From positions 2,046,001-2,110,000 of the forward strand of contig CM074811.1 in NCBI GenBank assembly GCA_037447605.1: 64,000 bases of DNA, written 5' to 3'. The notes beneath the pieces are model-generated. The model worked only from the letters and a program-made list of their open reading frames with translations, ran no database searches and had not been told where the DNA came from. This document shows, piece by piece, positions 38,648-51,304 of the stretch. Origin of the DNA: Zygnema circumcarinatum SAG 698-1b (lineage: Eukaryota; Plantae; Zygnematophyceae). A program made the position numbers and the translations under genes. The stretch's first letter is position 1. Every line of letters begins with the position of its first letter.

Positions 38648-41455
38648 ATGGCTGCCAAGAAGACGTGCTTGGTGAAGCTCAAGAAGGAGATGAGGAGCTT
38701 CATGAAGGAGCCACCTCCTTACATACCTGCGGTATGTGCAAGGATGATGATGAAGGCGGTTCCTACGGCAAGGCGCTGCTGTTGCTGCTGCTGCTTCGTC
38801 GACTTTCTCTCTTGCTGCTCCTTTTTTGTTCCTCCTTTTGCTATGATTCTCCTTCTACTCTTCCTTCCCATGCTGTGTTGCTCCGGCTGCTTCTCCTGGA
38901 CTCCTCCCGCCCGCCTGCTTTCTGATAAAGGGATTCAATGCGCTTGCACGCCGCTGGCCTCGCCTTGCAGGTGGCGATCAACGAGTCGGATATTTTGGAG
39001 TGGCATTTCTTGATTGAAGGGCCTGCAGGAACTCCCTATGAGGGGGGTTGGTACATTGGAAAGCTCAAGTTTCCGACCGACTATCCCTTCAAGCCTCCGG
39101 CTATAATGATGCTTACTCCGTCGGGGAGGTTCAAGACTGGGACTCGATTGTGTCTTTCTATGTCTGATTTTCATCCAGGTACGCCATACAATCCTAAGGC
39201 TTGCTTCATTCTAGGGGAGTTGCTCGCTTTTGTATTAGTTTGCAGGGAAAAAGTTGATTTGGCTGGTGGCTGGTTCATCCCCATTGGTTTCTCGGAATTC
39301 ACGTTATATCATAGCTTTTCATGTCCATGCAGTTGACTCTCCAAAGGTATTGCATGGGTACTTAACAAAATAGTTGTCCTTTCCTTAAGCCATGTGCTTT
39401 GCAACTTGATAGGATAATGAAACCGAGAGGTGGCAGCGCCTATTTATACGATTCGCACATTTTGACTAGCAATACATATGTCCGAGTGACTATTCCAAGG
39501 AGCTGTCCTAGAAAGTTGGAGATGAAGTGGTACTGAAACTGGCGAGCCAGCTTTGGATACGCAATTTAGCTGTTTTGAACCGAGCAATAAACTGTAGATA
39601 TCTCTAATTCTGATGATGGGCTATGGACCTATGGGGCGGCACATGGTTCAGAGACTTGGAATCCAATGTGGTAAGGCCAAATCATCTATCTCCAACAGGC
39701 CATGGAGTGTGTGGTAAAGGCCAGACTGCCTGAATGCTTAATGACATGTTTTTTCCCGGTAAGGGTGCGTGGTTGTCTTGCCTCTATTCGCATAGAGTTA
39801 GATGGCAACCTTTTGGCTCTCAATGCAGATGAAAATCTATGCGTATTGGAGCCTAGGGAGTTAGAGGCCAACCAAAGATTTCTAGACAGTGATGAGAAGA
39901 GGCGATGCTTGGAGAACAAGTAAGCGGGGATAGTTAAGCGCTATTTTCTCTCTCATGTGTGTGATTTTTGAATGAAGTGAGCTTCGCTGCTTCACATATG
40001 CTAACTTAACGCATTGAGGGGAGTTTCGTGGCTTTTGTAGGTCGGTGGCATCTGTCCTTACAGGACTGCTTTCGTTTATGTTAGAGAGCACGGCGACAAC
40101 TGGTTCTATGGAGAGCACGGTCAGAATCTGAACCTAAAAACCTAAACCCTGAAACCCTAAAGCATGTAATTATTCAACTCTAAACCCTGCAACCCTAGAA
40201 CCTAAAACCCCCACTCTAAACCCTACACCCTAAACTCTAGACCCGAGAAGTTCATGAAACCCTTAAAAAAAAACCCTTTTAACTCTGAAACCCTAACCCT
40301 GAAACTGTAAACCCGGAATCTGAAAATTTTACAAACTCTAAAACCCTGAATTGAATGCCTGAAAGCCTAAAACCTTAACCCCTGAAACCTTAAAACCTGA
40401 AATCCTGAGTTCCTACAAACCCAACACCCTGAATCCTGAAATTTAAAACCCTGAAACCTTAGAACCTGCTTCCTGTCGCCCCATAGTATGTTTCCCCTGC
40501 ACTGTTCAGGTGGAGGAGAAGAGACAAATAGCCGCAGAGTCAGGCCAAAAGCTCCTCCAAAATGCTCACTATCGCAGTCTTTTCCCGGAGCTTCCGAATT
40601 TGATTGATAGGCAGAAGCAGGGAGGGAGGGAAAAGGCGGAGTTGGGAGAAGAGACTGAACAGGAAGGCGGGCTGGGAGAGGCTTCAGACACAAGCAGCCG
40701 TTTGGAGGAGGGGCATAGAGAAGCTGATACGGAGCAAATTAGAGGGGTTGAAGAGCTTATTGCTGTCGAGGTGCAAACGTCCAGCAGTGAATCAGCTGTT
40801 GGACAGGAGGGAGAGGGAGAGGGACAGGGAGGGGGAGAGGGAGGAGGAGAGGGAGAGGAAGAGGAAGGCAGCAGGCGGGAGCAAACGGGCGCAGCAAGCA
40901 TTGAAGAGGAAGTATTTGAGGAAGCGAGGCAAAGTTTCGAGGAGGAAGGTAATGAAATTTCATGGTTTGACTGTTCTGGGGAGCCCAATGGTTGATATCT
41001 CGCTTGTGCTTGTAAGGAGCTAAGTCGGCGGTCCTTGCAGCTGAATGGCACTTGTTAGGATGTTTTTCTTCCAGGTGGAAAACTTGAGGAGGCCAGCACA
41101 AGCACAAGCACAAGCACAAGCATAAGCATAAGCAGAGGCAGTCCTTTGACTGAAATTGGCCCAAACCCAGAGGCCGGCGGGTTTTCGGAGTCTTCTGCGG
41201 AAGCAACAGTGAGGCGTTTGGAGGATCTGCTGGCACACTGCCACGTGGCACTGCAGCAGGATACCCCAGAGAAGAGGGGCTTTGAACGAGGAGTGTGTCT
41301 ATTGCGATGTGGAGAGGTAGAGGAGGCGACGCGAGCCTTCATGGGAGGGCTTGCAGGGGTGGTACGTAATTCAACACAGTCCATGATATTGCTGTCATCG
41401 ATAACGTTTTGGGAGAGAGGTGGGGAGAGGGGGGGGGGGGGGGGGNNNNNNNNNN

Positions 41456-41493
<38 letters not shown>

Positions 41494-43310
41494 AGAAACA
41501 GACGAGAACCTCTAAAGACTCAAGCCGTAGTTGTTTCGTTCTTCTGCCTCATTTCTAGTTCCTTCAAAATCATGGATTCAGCAACGCGTCGTAAATAATG
41601 ATCAGGAAAGTTTGTGCAACCAAGGTCCATTCAGCGGTAGACATGTGCCACAACCATTTTGTGATTAACAAAAACGGATCTGAGCTCATCTTATTGCTGG
41701 TTTGCTGGTCAACACTGGTTTTGATTTTGTGCTTGATGCGATTCAGGGGGGGTCCTCCTTTTCGAGTTGGAAGGATCTTGTGAAAGGAGTGGACAGTGTG
41801 AAGGCGATTGTACTTGAAGCAAATGCACTGCTTGAAGACTCAAACGAGGGTGATCCTGCATCAGTCCTTGCTCTTTTGGCTCCGATTCTTCAATACACAT
41901 CCCCGAAAGCGCCTCATTTCTTAATGGTTAAGGTCAGTACATCAATTTTCAACACAGCCAAGAAAAAGCCCTAGTATCTTCCAGAATGCTGAACTAGCAG
42001 CGAATTACTAGAACGTGAACGAACCTAATGAAAATACTGATTGTATTGGATGATACCTCAACAGTCTGCAAAGCAAAGCAGCGTACGCTGAACAACTTAA
42101 ATGTGAGCGGTTCCCATTGATTGCCACGCTCTACAATCCATGATTCGTTGCGGCTAACCGCTAAAACGCAAAAGAAGCTGCCAACCTTGATTTCCCATCG
42201 CCTCTTTTTTGGTTCATTCATGTCGCTCTTTTCTTAAATTTGCAGGCCTCTGCTCTCCTCAGAATGGGGGACTTGGAGATGAGCATTTCAGTGCTAGAAG
42301 CAGCGTTGGAGCTCGCATCCTCCGATGCACTTTCAACCCCACTACCGGAACTTAACAGTTCTGTCTTTCGCCCCATCTCCAGCCAGGAGGTTAGTTTTCC
42401 AGCTGCTTTCTGTATGCTCAAGCATCTTTATATTGCACTTTTAGTATGGGAGGCGGCAGGAGTGATCGAAGTCCTATTTGTTAGTCTATACATTGTTGTT
42501 CACCCGCCCTTTCTCCTTTAACTTTTTTTTCTTTGTCTGTTTTTCTTATTGCTGCTTTGCAGGTTCTGAATGTCCTCGCCAGAACTCGGACTGCTTTGCG
42601 CCATAGGAGTCGAGGAAACGACCATTTTCGCAAGAAGAGCTATTCCATGGCTGTGAAGGCGTATGACAATGCTTTGGCAGCGGAGGAACGGTGTGCCTCT
42701 CTTCACTGTAGCCGCGCTACCGCCCTGGCTGCCATGCAAAGGTGGGTGCTCAATGCTCCCTTACACCCACTCACACTGACGGGAAACCTGGAAGGTAGAG
42801 AAGTGAACAGAACGTGACACTACTTGAGAGAACGGAGAGTGAGAGAGTGAAGGAACGCAAAAAAAAAGTATTCAAAGGGGCAGATCACTGTGTGACTACA
42901 TCCCACCCTGTACCCCGGGGGGGCCACCAGACCTTAGCCAGCCCATTGAGTACACACAAGGAAGTTGGATGCATAAAAGTGGAAAAGTATATCTGCAGCA
43001 GTTTTTACCACCATCCGCCCCCCTCACTCCCGCCACTTCCCCCTCTCTCTCTCTCCCCTCCACTCTCTCCCTCCCTCTCTCACTCCCTCTCCAAGTGTGC
43101 AGGCATGAGGAGGCCTTGGCTGCCTGCAAACGAGCCCTTGAGCTTTTCAATGGCCACGCAAAAGCAAGGAGGCGGCAAGCAGAGTCCCTCGCAGCCCTGG
43201 GCCGGCACACAGAGGCAGCAGCAGAGTTCCAAAAACTTCTGATCAGTTTTCCGGAGGACAGAAAACTGTTGGAGCTTGCAGAGCGCCAGCAAAAGCTGGC
43301 GGCTTCATGA
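38648..43310 (+). CDS. Ubc6/UBC32-34-type ubiquitin-conjugating enzyme fused to a C-terminal TPR array, 10 exons, about 610 aa
   Basis: Exons 38648-38731, 38971-39178, 39652-39670, 40041-40119, 40510-40948, 41075-41361, 41747-41932, 42246-42389, 42563-42741 and 43103-43310. All introns are GT-AG and phase-compatible (total 1833 nt). E2 core [41 protein letters not shown] has the catalytic Cys. TPRs: RSRGNDHFRKKSYSMAVKAYDNAL / LHCSRATALAAMQRHEEALAACKRAL / KARRRQAESLAALGRHTEAAAEFQKL. Confidence 0.85.
40131..40460. repeat. Degenerate interstitial telomere-like (AAACCCT) repeat in intron 4 of the E2-TPR gene
   Basis: Many aaccctaa/aaccctga/aacctaaa units. Confidence 0.75.
41446..41455. other. 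Assembly gap (10 N) within intron 6 of the E2-TPR gene
   Basis: N run inside a poly-G tract. Confidence 0.99.
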
Positions 43311-43883
43311 AGCCATGGCCGTGGTCCAACAGTTCCTCCTTTTTTTGTTTTTTTGATTTTGTAACAAATTCCTGAGATAATCGTGAGGATAATTTCCTGG
43401 TTAGGGATTATCGCTCGTCAGCCAAGCTTTTCTCTTGAATATTGATTTTCCTCACCTCTTTGGAATGGCAGAACACCATGCATGAGTGCGTGAATACATG
43501 CATGAATGGAAGGAATAATTCATGTGTTATTCCTTACAATGTGGTTTTTAACCTACAGGGCTGACAGCTTTTCGAACAGATATCTGTTCTCAATCGACCT
43601 ACCCAATCATCAGTCCCTGTGATGATCAAGTTCAACTGTCCAGTCAAGTTCATACAAGGAGCCAATCACATGCTGCGGAGAGCCTCAGATGTGGAAACGC
43701 ACCTCCTATCAAATCAAAAGGAAAGCAGTGAACAGGACTAACCTGTTGCTTGCTTACAAACCTAAACCTAAGTTTAACACGAACCCTGACCTAATCGTCA
43801 CCCTAATCGCGAGACTCTCACTCTAACCCTAGTCCTGCCCAAGGAACCACCAATTCCTGCCTCAAAAGTCCCTTGAAGAGCCC

Positions 43884-46800
43884 TCATCGAAAGGTATAAC
43901 CCTCCCTTCCGCGCTGCACTTCCTCCCTGAAGGCAAGAAGCTCCTTCACTGCACTTTCCACATCCTCTGCAGTCGTGGGCCCTGCCCTCAACCCAGACCT
44001 GCCCATGTCGTCCTCTGAGCCCCTTCCTCGTGTCGTTGCGGCTTCACTGGACCCGTTCGCCTGCCTCTCTGTGCATGTATTTTCCACTGTTTCTTGTGCA
44101 GTGTTCACACCAGATGCACTTGAAAGCCAGAAGGGCTCCCCAATAGAAGGCCGGTTCCTATTCTTCCACAGTAACGCCCCTGGGCTGTTGCTAAACAGAA
44201 TGGCACCGACTTGCAAGATTGATGGGTTGAGGGTCCGAAAAGGCAGCACAGGATCAGGGTCTAGAACTGCTTTCTGCAGACACTCCCAAATAGCACACAA
44301 GGAATGAATCACAAGCTGCGTAAAGGTGTGTTACCGCAAGGTGAAAAAGAAGGAAGAAGGCACTTACTTCATTTCTCGAGCCAAACCGGAGATCACGAGA
44401 AGGAAGCCTCTCCGCTTCAGCATTTTGTTGAGAAGCAGGTGACTCTGCTGAGTCAGTCTGACCCCCCTGGGGCATGAGATCTTGAAGCTCCCTTAAAACT
44501 CCTCTTAATGGAGGCTGCAGCACCTCTCCCATACCCCAAAGACATACAATAGTCAAGTTAGTTCTTGCAATTCCTGAAGTTATAATCATTTCAACTGAAG
44601 ACAGGCCTCCCTGCAGACATAACAGGATAACGCGACCCTCTCTATTGACGCGGTGAATAAAGGCTAGCCTGGAAATTAATTCACGTAGGACCTCCATGCG
44701 AAAAACGAACTTACAGCTGCGATTTTTTTTGGAGATTCTTTCGCTTCCTCCTCCTCAGAACCCACTCCACTGCCCTCTCTTTTCCAGCCACCCGACCCAT
44801 CAGCCCTGACATTCCCCTCTCCAACTTTAGCCGAATGACCCCTTTTTTTCAGTTTTCGCATTCTGTCAAGCTCTTTCTTTGTAATGTCCCGTCCATATCG
44901 ACGAATTCTCTGTTCTCGCCTCCGCCGACCTTCACAGACAACACAGCCACAATCATCGCGGTGGCTTGTAGTCCTGCCAGTGAAAAGTCAGGACGGGTCA
45001 AAGCGAGTCAGAATGGTAAATGATCTCCTTACATTCCAACTACATTTGGTAGTCACACGGAATACAAACAGGCAATATCATGAAAGTACACGATAAACGA
45101 GAGGAATGAAATTTACCCGGTCAATCGAGCCTTTCTTGGACTCGCTTCTGCAAGCCATCCGTCCCCACACTGGTCAACAACAGTATGCAAAATTTTTAGG
45201 AATCTCCCTAACAAAAGCACACAGTGTCACCTAAACGACACATGTCGTGGTATATCACTTAGAACATAGCTCAAAGGAATTTTCTCTAACGAGCTTGTAC
45301 CTTGCAGATTTCCTTCCAATGAAATGATTAGACTCCACTACTTGAATGTATATTTGGTCTATGTAAATCAGCTGAAATTTAAGTTACTTATGAATTTCTA
45401 AGAGTGCAGAAATACCATTTGATAAGTGTTCGACAGTGGAAAGCACAGTCTTTGTGACGAGTGCATCATCTGCAATCTTTCTCTTCTTCCTTCCTTCAGG
45501 CTCCTCCTTTATCTGGCGATCTCTTTCCTCGTCTTTTTCGAAAACACCTTTTATCAAACCTTTTTTCAACTTATTCATGTGCACAAGTTCCTTGACTTCC
45601 TGCTTTTCTTTGCTCTGTTTTTCCTCTTCTTGCTCATTCTCCTCTTCTTCTTCATCGTCATCGCCATCTTCCTCTTCTTCCTTGTTGTCATCTTCCTCAT
45701 CGTCCTTCTCGTTGTCTCTTTCGTCCTCCTCACCGTCAGCTCCCTTATCATCCTCCTCGTCATCATCTTCACCCTCCCTACTTTCTTCATCCTCTTTCTC
45801 CCCCTTGTCTGCTCCATCCTCTTCCTGGAGGTCTGCCTCTTCTTCCTCGTCTTCATCTACCACGTCTTCCTCAGCTCCTTTGACTTCCTCAATTGGTACT
45901 GCAGGTTCCCTGAATTCCCGTTGAAACAATGGCTGCTTCGCAACACTCACCTCTTTAGCATCTCTCCTCAATACATATGTTCCTGTCTGCACCTTCAATC
46001 GGTCTCCCTCATGAAACTCCTTATTGGCCTCATCCATCCTCCTAGCTAAAAAGCAGCTAGCACCTGAAAAATCTCTCTTGTGTAAATGTCTATCTCCTGC
46101 TCGCCTGTGCTTTCCATGTAGCTTCACACCTTCCGCAGTTGCCATTACACCTTCACACGCTCCGTGGTCTGCATTCCATTCCAGGAAAGAAATCCTATAC
46201 GACCCTGTCATGATTTGACAGCCATCAAGTTTGAACCACACTATGAGCGGATAATATGCAGTGCTTCAATAAGTGTGCTTTCCTTACCTGAAAAATAAAC
46301 ATCCGCTTCTCACTGTGTTTGCGTTGCATGCATTCAAGCTGAGCAGCAAATTATACTGCTGCTATAGGCAATCCGTCTGTAATAGTGAAATTAGCTGGCA
46401 TATTATCAGACCATTAAGATCCGCATCCACTAAAACCATTACTCAACAATGAAACCACCTCGCCATTTTGCTCACATTTACATTAAGCTCACCTTTTCCG
46501 GTGCAAGATAGCTTGAAACTTGACCCCACTAACACCTGCTGAAGCTTGGCATTGGTAGCCTTATGTGTGTCCTCTACCTCCTCGTCTCTGCAGATGGGGA
46601 GAAGGCTTGGTAAGCTATAAAGCAGATCCAAAGAGTCCTGCAAGAAAGAGACACCCAGGCCGCGTTCACGACACCTACTGCTTGCAAACAAGCAAACAAG
46701 CATTCAAAATACGTACAGAGGAAGAGCATAGAACTTTCTAATCCCTGGTAGACTAAACTGGGCGGTGTGTGAGCAAATGGCATTTCAAGCCCCTCAGAAG

Positions 46801-48983
46801 CACACTATCTGATGAGCTATCAGCATACAAGACGGCATGGCTGTGTAGGAACATCCATGGGCTAGAGAGAGAGAGAGAGGGAGAACACGTACGAACGAAT
46901 ACTAGACACATCAGCTACATTCAAAATCCGACAATTAATTGCCAGATCAGCCAGATTGTCGAGGACTCAATAATTGACTACCTGTCCTCATCCCTTAAAG
47001 AATCAATGGGAAATTGAACCCAAGATAGCACTACCCTGAGTGGCACACTGAAAAACAACAGAAGACATTTTTTATGATCGCATCCTCCACATGGAATGCC
47101 ATTGCAATGAATAAATCACAGAGATATGTCTAAGTCAAGGGCATCAAGCAGTAGTTTCTGACCTGCACACAAACCTGCAAAGGTTGCCTTCTGAAGATAT
47201 CTCTTCCCGGCTTCTTGCTTTCCGTCGTCATGTGAATGTAAGCTAGAGATGAGCATTTCCTTGTTCTGAACTGCAGCCCCACCTCATTTTCTTCACTCGT
47301 TGAAAGTTCGATCCGATTCAACCGCCTATCAGAACCTCTCCAAAGCCTTCTTGACGATGGATTCAAGCTTGCCGTTGCAGTTTCCCTACTTGACAAGAAA
47401 GGGCCAGCTTGTGACTTCATAGTCTTGATAAGAGGGCCCTCTCCATCCATCAAAATCATTCGACTGCTGTCCCAAATTTCTATTTTCTCGTGTCCCAAGC
47501 AAAATGTGCACCTTTTAAGCTCAAGCACTGAATGTCCAGTCTCCTTCTCGTCAGCCCATAAACTGAAGGGCATCCATCGACCCGATTCCTTCCGATCAAA
47601 CTCCTCGTCAGATGGTTTCCCTTCATTTCTCAACTTTCTAACATGTTCCCTCCGTTTGGCTCTTCCCTTCAAGCCTGCTTCTTGCCCACTACAAGACTTT
47701 TCGACCTGGGCCTCCATCCTCCTCTTCATTCCCACTCCTTGCCTTATGCACTGCTTCTTGCGGCAACTCCATCCCGCTTTGCACTTTACAGATGCGGTTT
47801 CCTGTCTCTCTGAGAAACAGGAAACGTTCAACCCACCGAAATAAAGCATCGTCAGCAGAATGGAAGAGAAATAGAAAGGAGAATGGACAGAAAGGATTGA
47901 TGTAAAACGCGGGAAAATGCAGTGGATGAAGAAAGAAGGAGAGAGCTGGTGGAGGAAACGACAGGCAAGAACCTGACGGATTTGATGACGAAAACTTAGA
48001 CAGAAAGAAAGTAGAAAATAATGAGCTTGATAGGAGCAACAGGAAGAAGGGCAACACATACATCACATAATTACCACCATTCAAACCTGGGATGATGTTG
48101 ACGATTCAAACAAATCAATAGAAGCATGAAACGGATTCAGTTGGCTGTTGCCCTCAATAAAGATGAGGTTTTTTGCAACTTAGCGTGCAAAACAAAGGCA
48201 AAGATCTATAGCTTCTGATGTTTATGCTTCACTCAATACCAAAATTCAGCATTGGTTGTCGAATACTGTTAGAACTCGTAGGTAAGGAGTTATTTACATC
48301 AACAAAGTATTGCGGTCAGGCAAGTTAAACTCTTTAAATGATTCCATCTACCAGTCATCACGAGGACACCTTGACATAAAAAAAAACTTGAAGCACAGAT
48401 TACCTCATTGCACCAAGTTTTCCTTTGAATGCCAAAATCAAGTTTCAAACGAGGGCTACATTTCGAAAAGGAAAGGAGAAAAGTGCTATTCAGCAGCAAA
48501 TGCCCTTAACGAAAAAAACTCTTACATAGCGACCACTTAGAATAGCGATAAAACCAAACGCCATGCCTGCCGTAGGATAGGCTAATCAACCAGTTTCTTC
48601 AATGTCTACCACATCCAAGCGAGTACCGAACAATCCATTTCATTCGTAAGGCCGGTTTGGTTTGGAAACTACATATCCATTGATCAGAATTGAAAAGGCA
48701 AAAAAAGCTGGCACGACAACCATGCTTCAATAGCTCGTGGCATAAACATTCAAAATCGCCAGCTTACAACGCTCATGCTGAAGGAAACTGTCTAGAAGCC
48801 TGAATTGTGTTTTCCACTTTCATCACTCAGTAAACTGCCGCTTATCATGATATGCAACACACTCCGTGCCTTCAAACGCACGAGTAGATTCAGTAAGCGA
48901 GGTAGAATACTTCGCGCTACCCCTTGAAACTCACCTGCACCTAACGTACGTTTCTGCATGCTCATCCTCCTCTCCAGCGCCAT
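43884..48983 (-). CDS. Uncharacterized multi-exon protein with an acidic low-complexity tract and an HxxxCxCxxC motif
   Basis: Long open exons ~47815-47170, ~46640-46495, ~46240-45390, ~44973-44712, ~44697-44370 and ~44290-43884, with several GT-AG junctions in compatible phase. The start (MALERRMSMQKRTLGA, 48983) and some junctions are uncertain. I recognise no family. Confidence 0.6.
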
Positions 48984-49436
48984 CAATACAACAACTTCGA
49001 CACTTCAAACGATCTGCAAAAAAATAAACATTACTTCACATGCCGCAGCGCAGATCTTGGCGCTCCACGAGGAATCAGAAATCTCCATAGGTAAAGATGA
49101 GAACAATGCAGAACATTTGATCAAAGATGTAGAGGCCATGACATGTGGCTTGAAGTACAACTGGTAGGAGGAGGCCACACTCGGATATGGCTTGAGACCT
49201 GGGAGCAAAGCCACTAACGGCCAGAGATTTTTTTTCCTCATGTCTCGGTCAGCCCGTTCCCAGGAAAAAAAACTTCTGACCAATCGAAAGCGTTCGTCAC
49301 GTGAAATTTGAAACAGAACAAAGTTCAAATCTTTTCAATTTGCTGAAAACGGGCAGAATAAAAACTTTTTTTTTAAGTGCCAGGGGGAACAGGGAGCTGG
49401 GTGACCCTCTCCCCCTCTCTCCCTGTCTTGGCAGCC

Positions 49437-51265
49437 ATGGCTGCCCTTGTGGCCTGCGCCTCCATAGTTAAGAATGCGGCAGATGAGGAGCTCTCTGCTC
49501 CTGTAACCTTGGCCATGGCTGCGGAAAAGGAAGGTCCGTCTCCCTTGGCCCTTTCATCGGATGACAGCCGCATGAAGGGTCGCCAGGGCAGTGGGTCCAG
49601 TCAGGGAGGGCGCCGGCAAAGCAGCAGCAAGGTGATTGAAGAGAATTATGCCTGGTTTTGACGTATTGCTATTCATTTCGAGCAACATATTAATGGTGTT
49701 CAAGAACGTGGGAGATGGGAGTTGCATTTAAGGAGCGAGATGACGCTGAGCAGCTGCATGCATTGTTGGTCGTGGTTTTCCTTCAAGTTTTAGGTTTTAC
49801 GAGTCATTCTGTATTTTTAAATTTTATTTGGGAAGCAGACCAATATTTCACAAATTTTACACGCGAAGATTGGTTCACTGGCATACATGAGATGAGCGGG
49901 CAATGCCATGTTCTCGTTCAGTTCATCAAAGTGTCCTCTCGAGAGCAAAATGACCATTCTGCAGTTTACATGGTCAGAATGCATTTCCCTCAAAGCTTTG
50001 TTTTTTTGAGAAATTTGAACAATAAAATGATGGTTGAAAAGATAGGCGCTTGATTTCTGCCTTCATTTCGCATGCCCCTAGACCGGAATTCCTGCATAAT
50101 GCTTGAACGAGCTATCACGCACAAAGCAATTTCTGTATATAACTTCTGTCGCTTACACAATATTCAATCTTGCTCGCAAGACTAAATAATTCCTAGTTTC
50201 TATTTCCTATTTAATAATCCTAATTCTTAGGCTTGTTGAAGGTTTCACTAAGAAACTGCATTCTAATGGTCAAAATCACACTCTCAGTATTTGACCAGCC
50301 AGCGTTGGTCGCAGACAATCCTTGGAAGGAAAAATTCATGGGATATTTGTGCCTATTGCACCTAATGTATCACCAATATCTGATAATATGCCGTAGTTGA
50401 AACTCCATTCATCACTCTTCAGCTATGTTCGTTTTAAATCTTCAAGTCTCCTCTCGAGGAGGAGTCCACCGAAGAGACAGTCAGTCGTTTTTGTTAGTAG
50501 AGAAGTATCTTCTGAAGACAAATACCATAGAGAAGTTTGGCCTCTATCAGTCTTTTGAGTCCAAATATTTTTTTCTGGTCAAGCTTGGGCTGTGACCGTG
50601 TATCCAGAACCTGCTATGGATTGAATTTTCTTCTCAAGTTCTGAGAGTATGGGCTTCCTAATTCAGTGGCTTCATTCTGCTGACTGCGATTTAGATCAAC
50701 GCTACGAACAAGAGATACAGTGCAGGTTTCTGGAATGGTTATGAAGTTGAAGGTTCAAGGCCAAGTTGCCAGGAATGTCTTATATGGCGTATGTGCCTAT
50801 TTCCTTTGTTGAGTTTGACTTTCTTCCATTCTGGCGACCGTGCACGTCAAAGGATTCCCTTTTTTTTTTAAACTGGGCTCTCCGTTGACAGTCGCTCCAT
50901 AATGTCATCCATTTGTAAGGAGATTGCCGGAACTTCTCACTGTCTTGACCCACGCTCTTAACTTGAGTCTCTTTCTTGTGGCATTCAGGGCGGGGACGAT
51001 GGTGGACATCAAGTAAAGCCCTCAGCTGCCTCTGTAAGCAGGACTATCACAAAGCTGAAGAAGGTGGTGCAACAAGAACACAATGCGTACGTTCAGGTGC
51101 ACTCCTTTTCTCATTGTTTCGACTTTCTAGTCGAGACAAACTTTATTTTGGTCAATAGAAAGGCGTAGCATGGCGATTGTGAAGTTGTACGAGGGATGCA
51201 TGTGAACTTTTGACTTGAGTGGGTCGACTGTGTGGTATGCATCGTGTTGCAAATTCTTTCTCTTC

Positions 51266-51304
<39 letters not shown>

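Noticed and set aside
39702-39923. ORF VRGCLASIRIEL...EKRRCLENK as the E2 C-terminal exon
   Set aside because: The true conserved continuation ([13 protein letters not shown]...) is the 40041-40119 exon with correct phase, so this ORF is intronic.
41095-41135. (GCACAA)n repeat as a separate element
   Set aside because: It is a coding microsatellite (TSTSTSTSISIS) in the E2-TPR linker exon.
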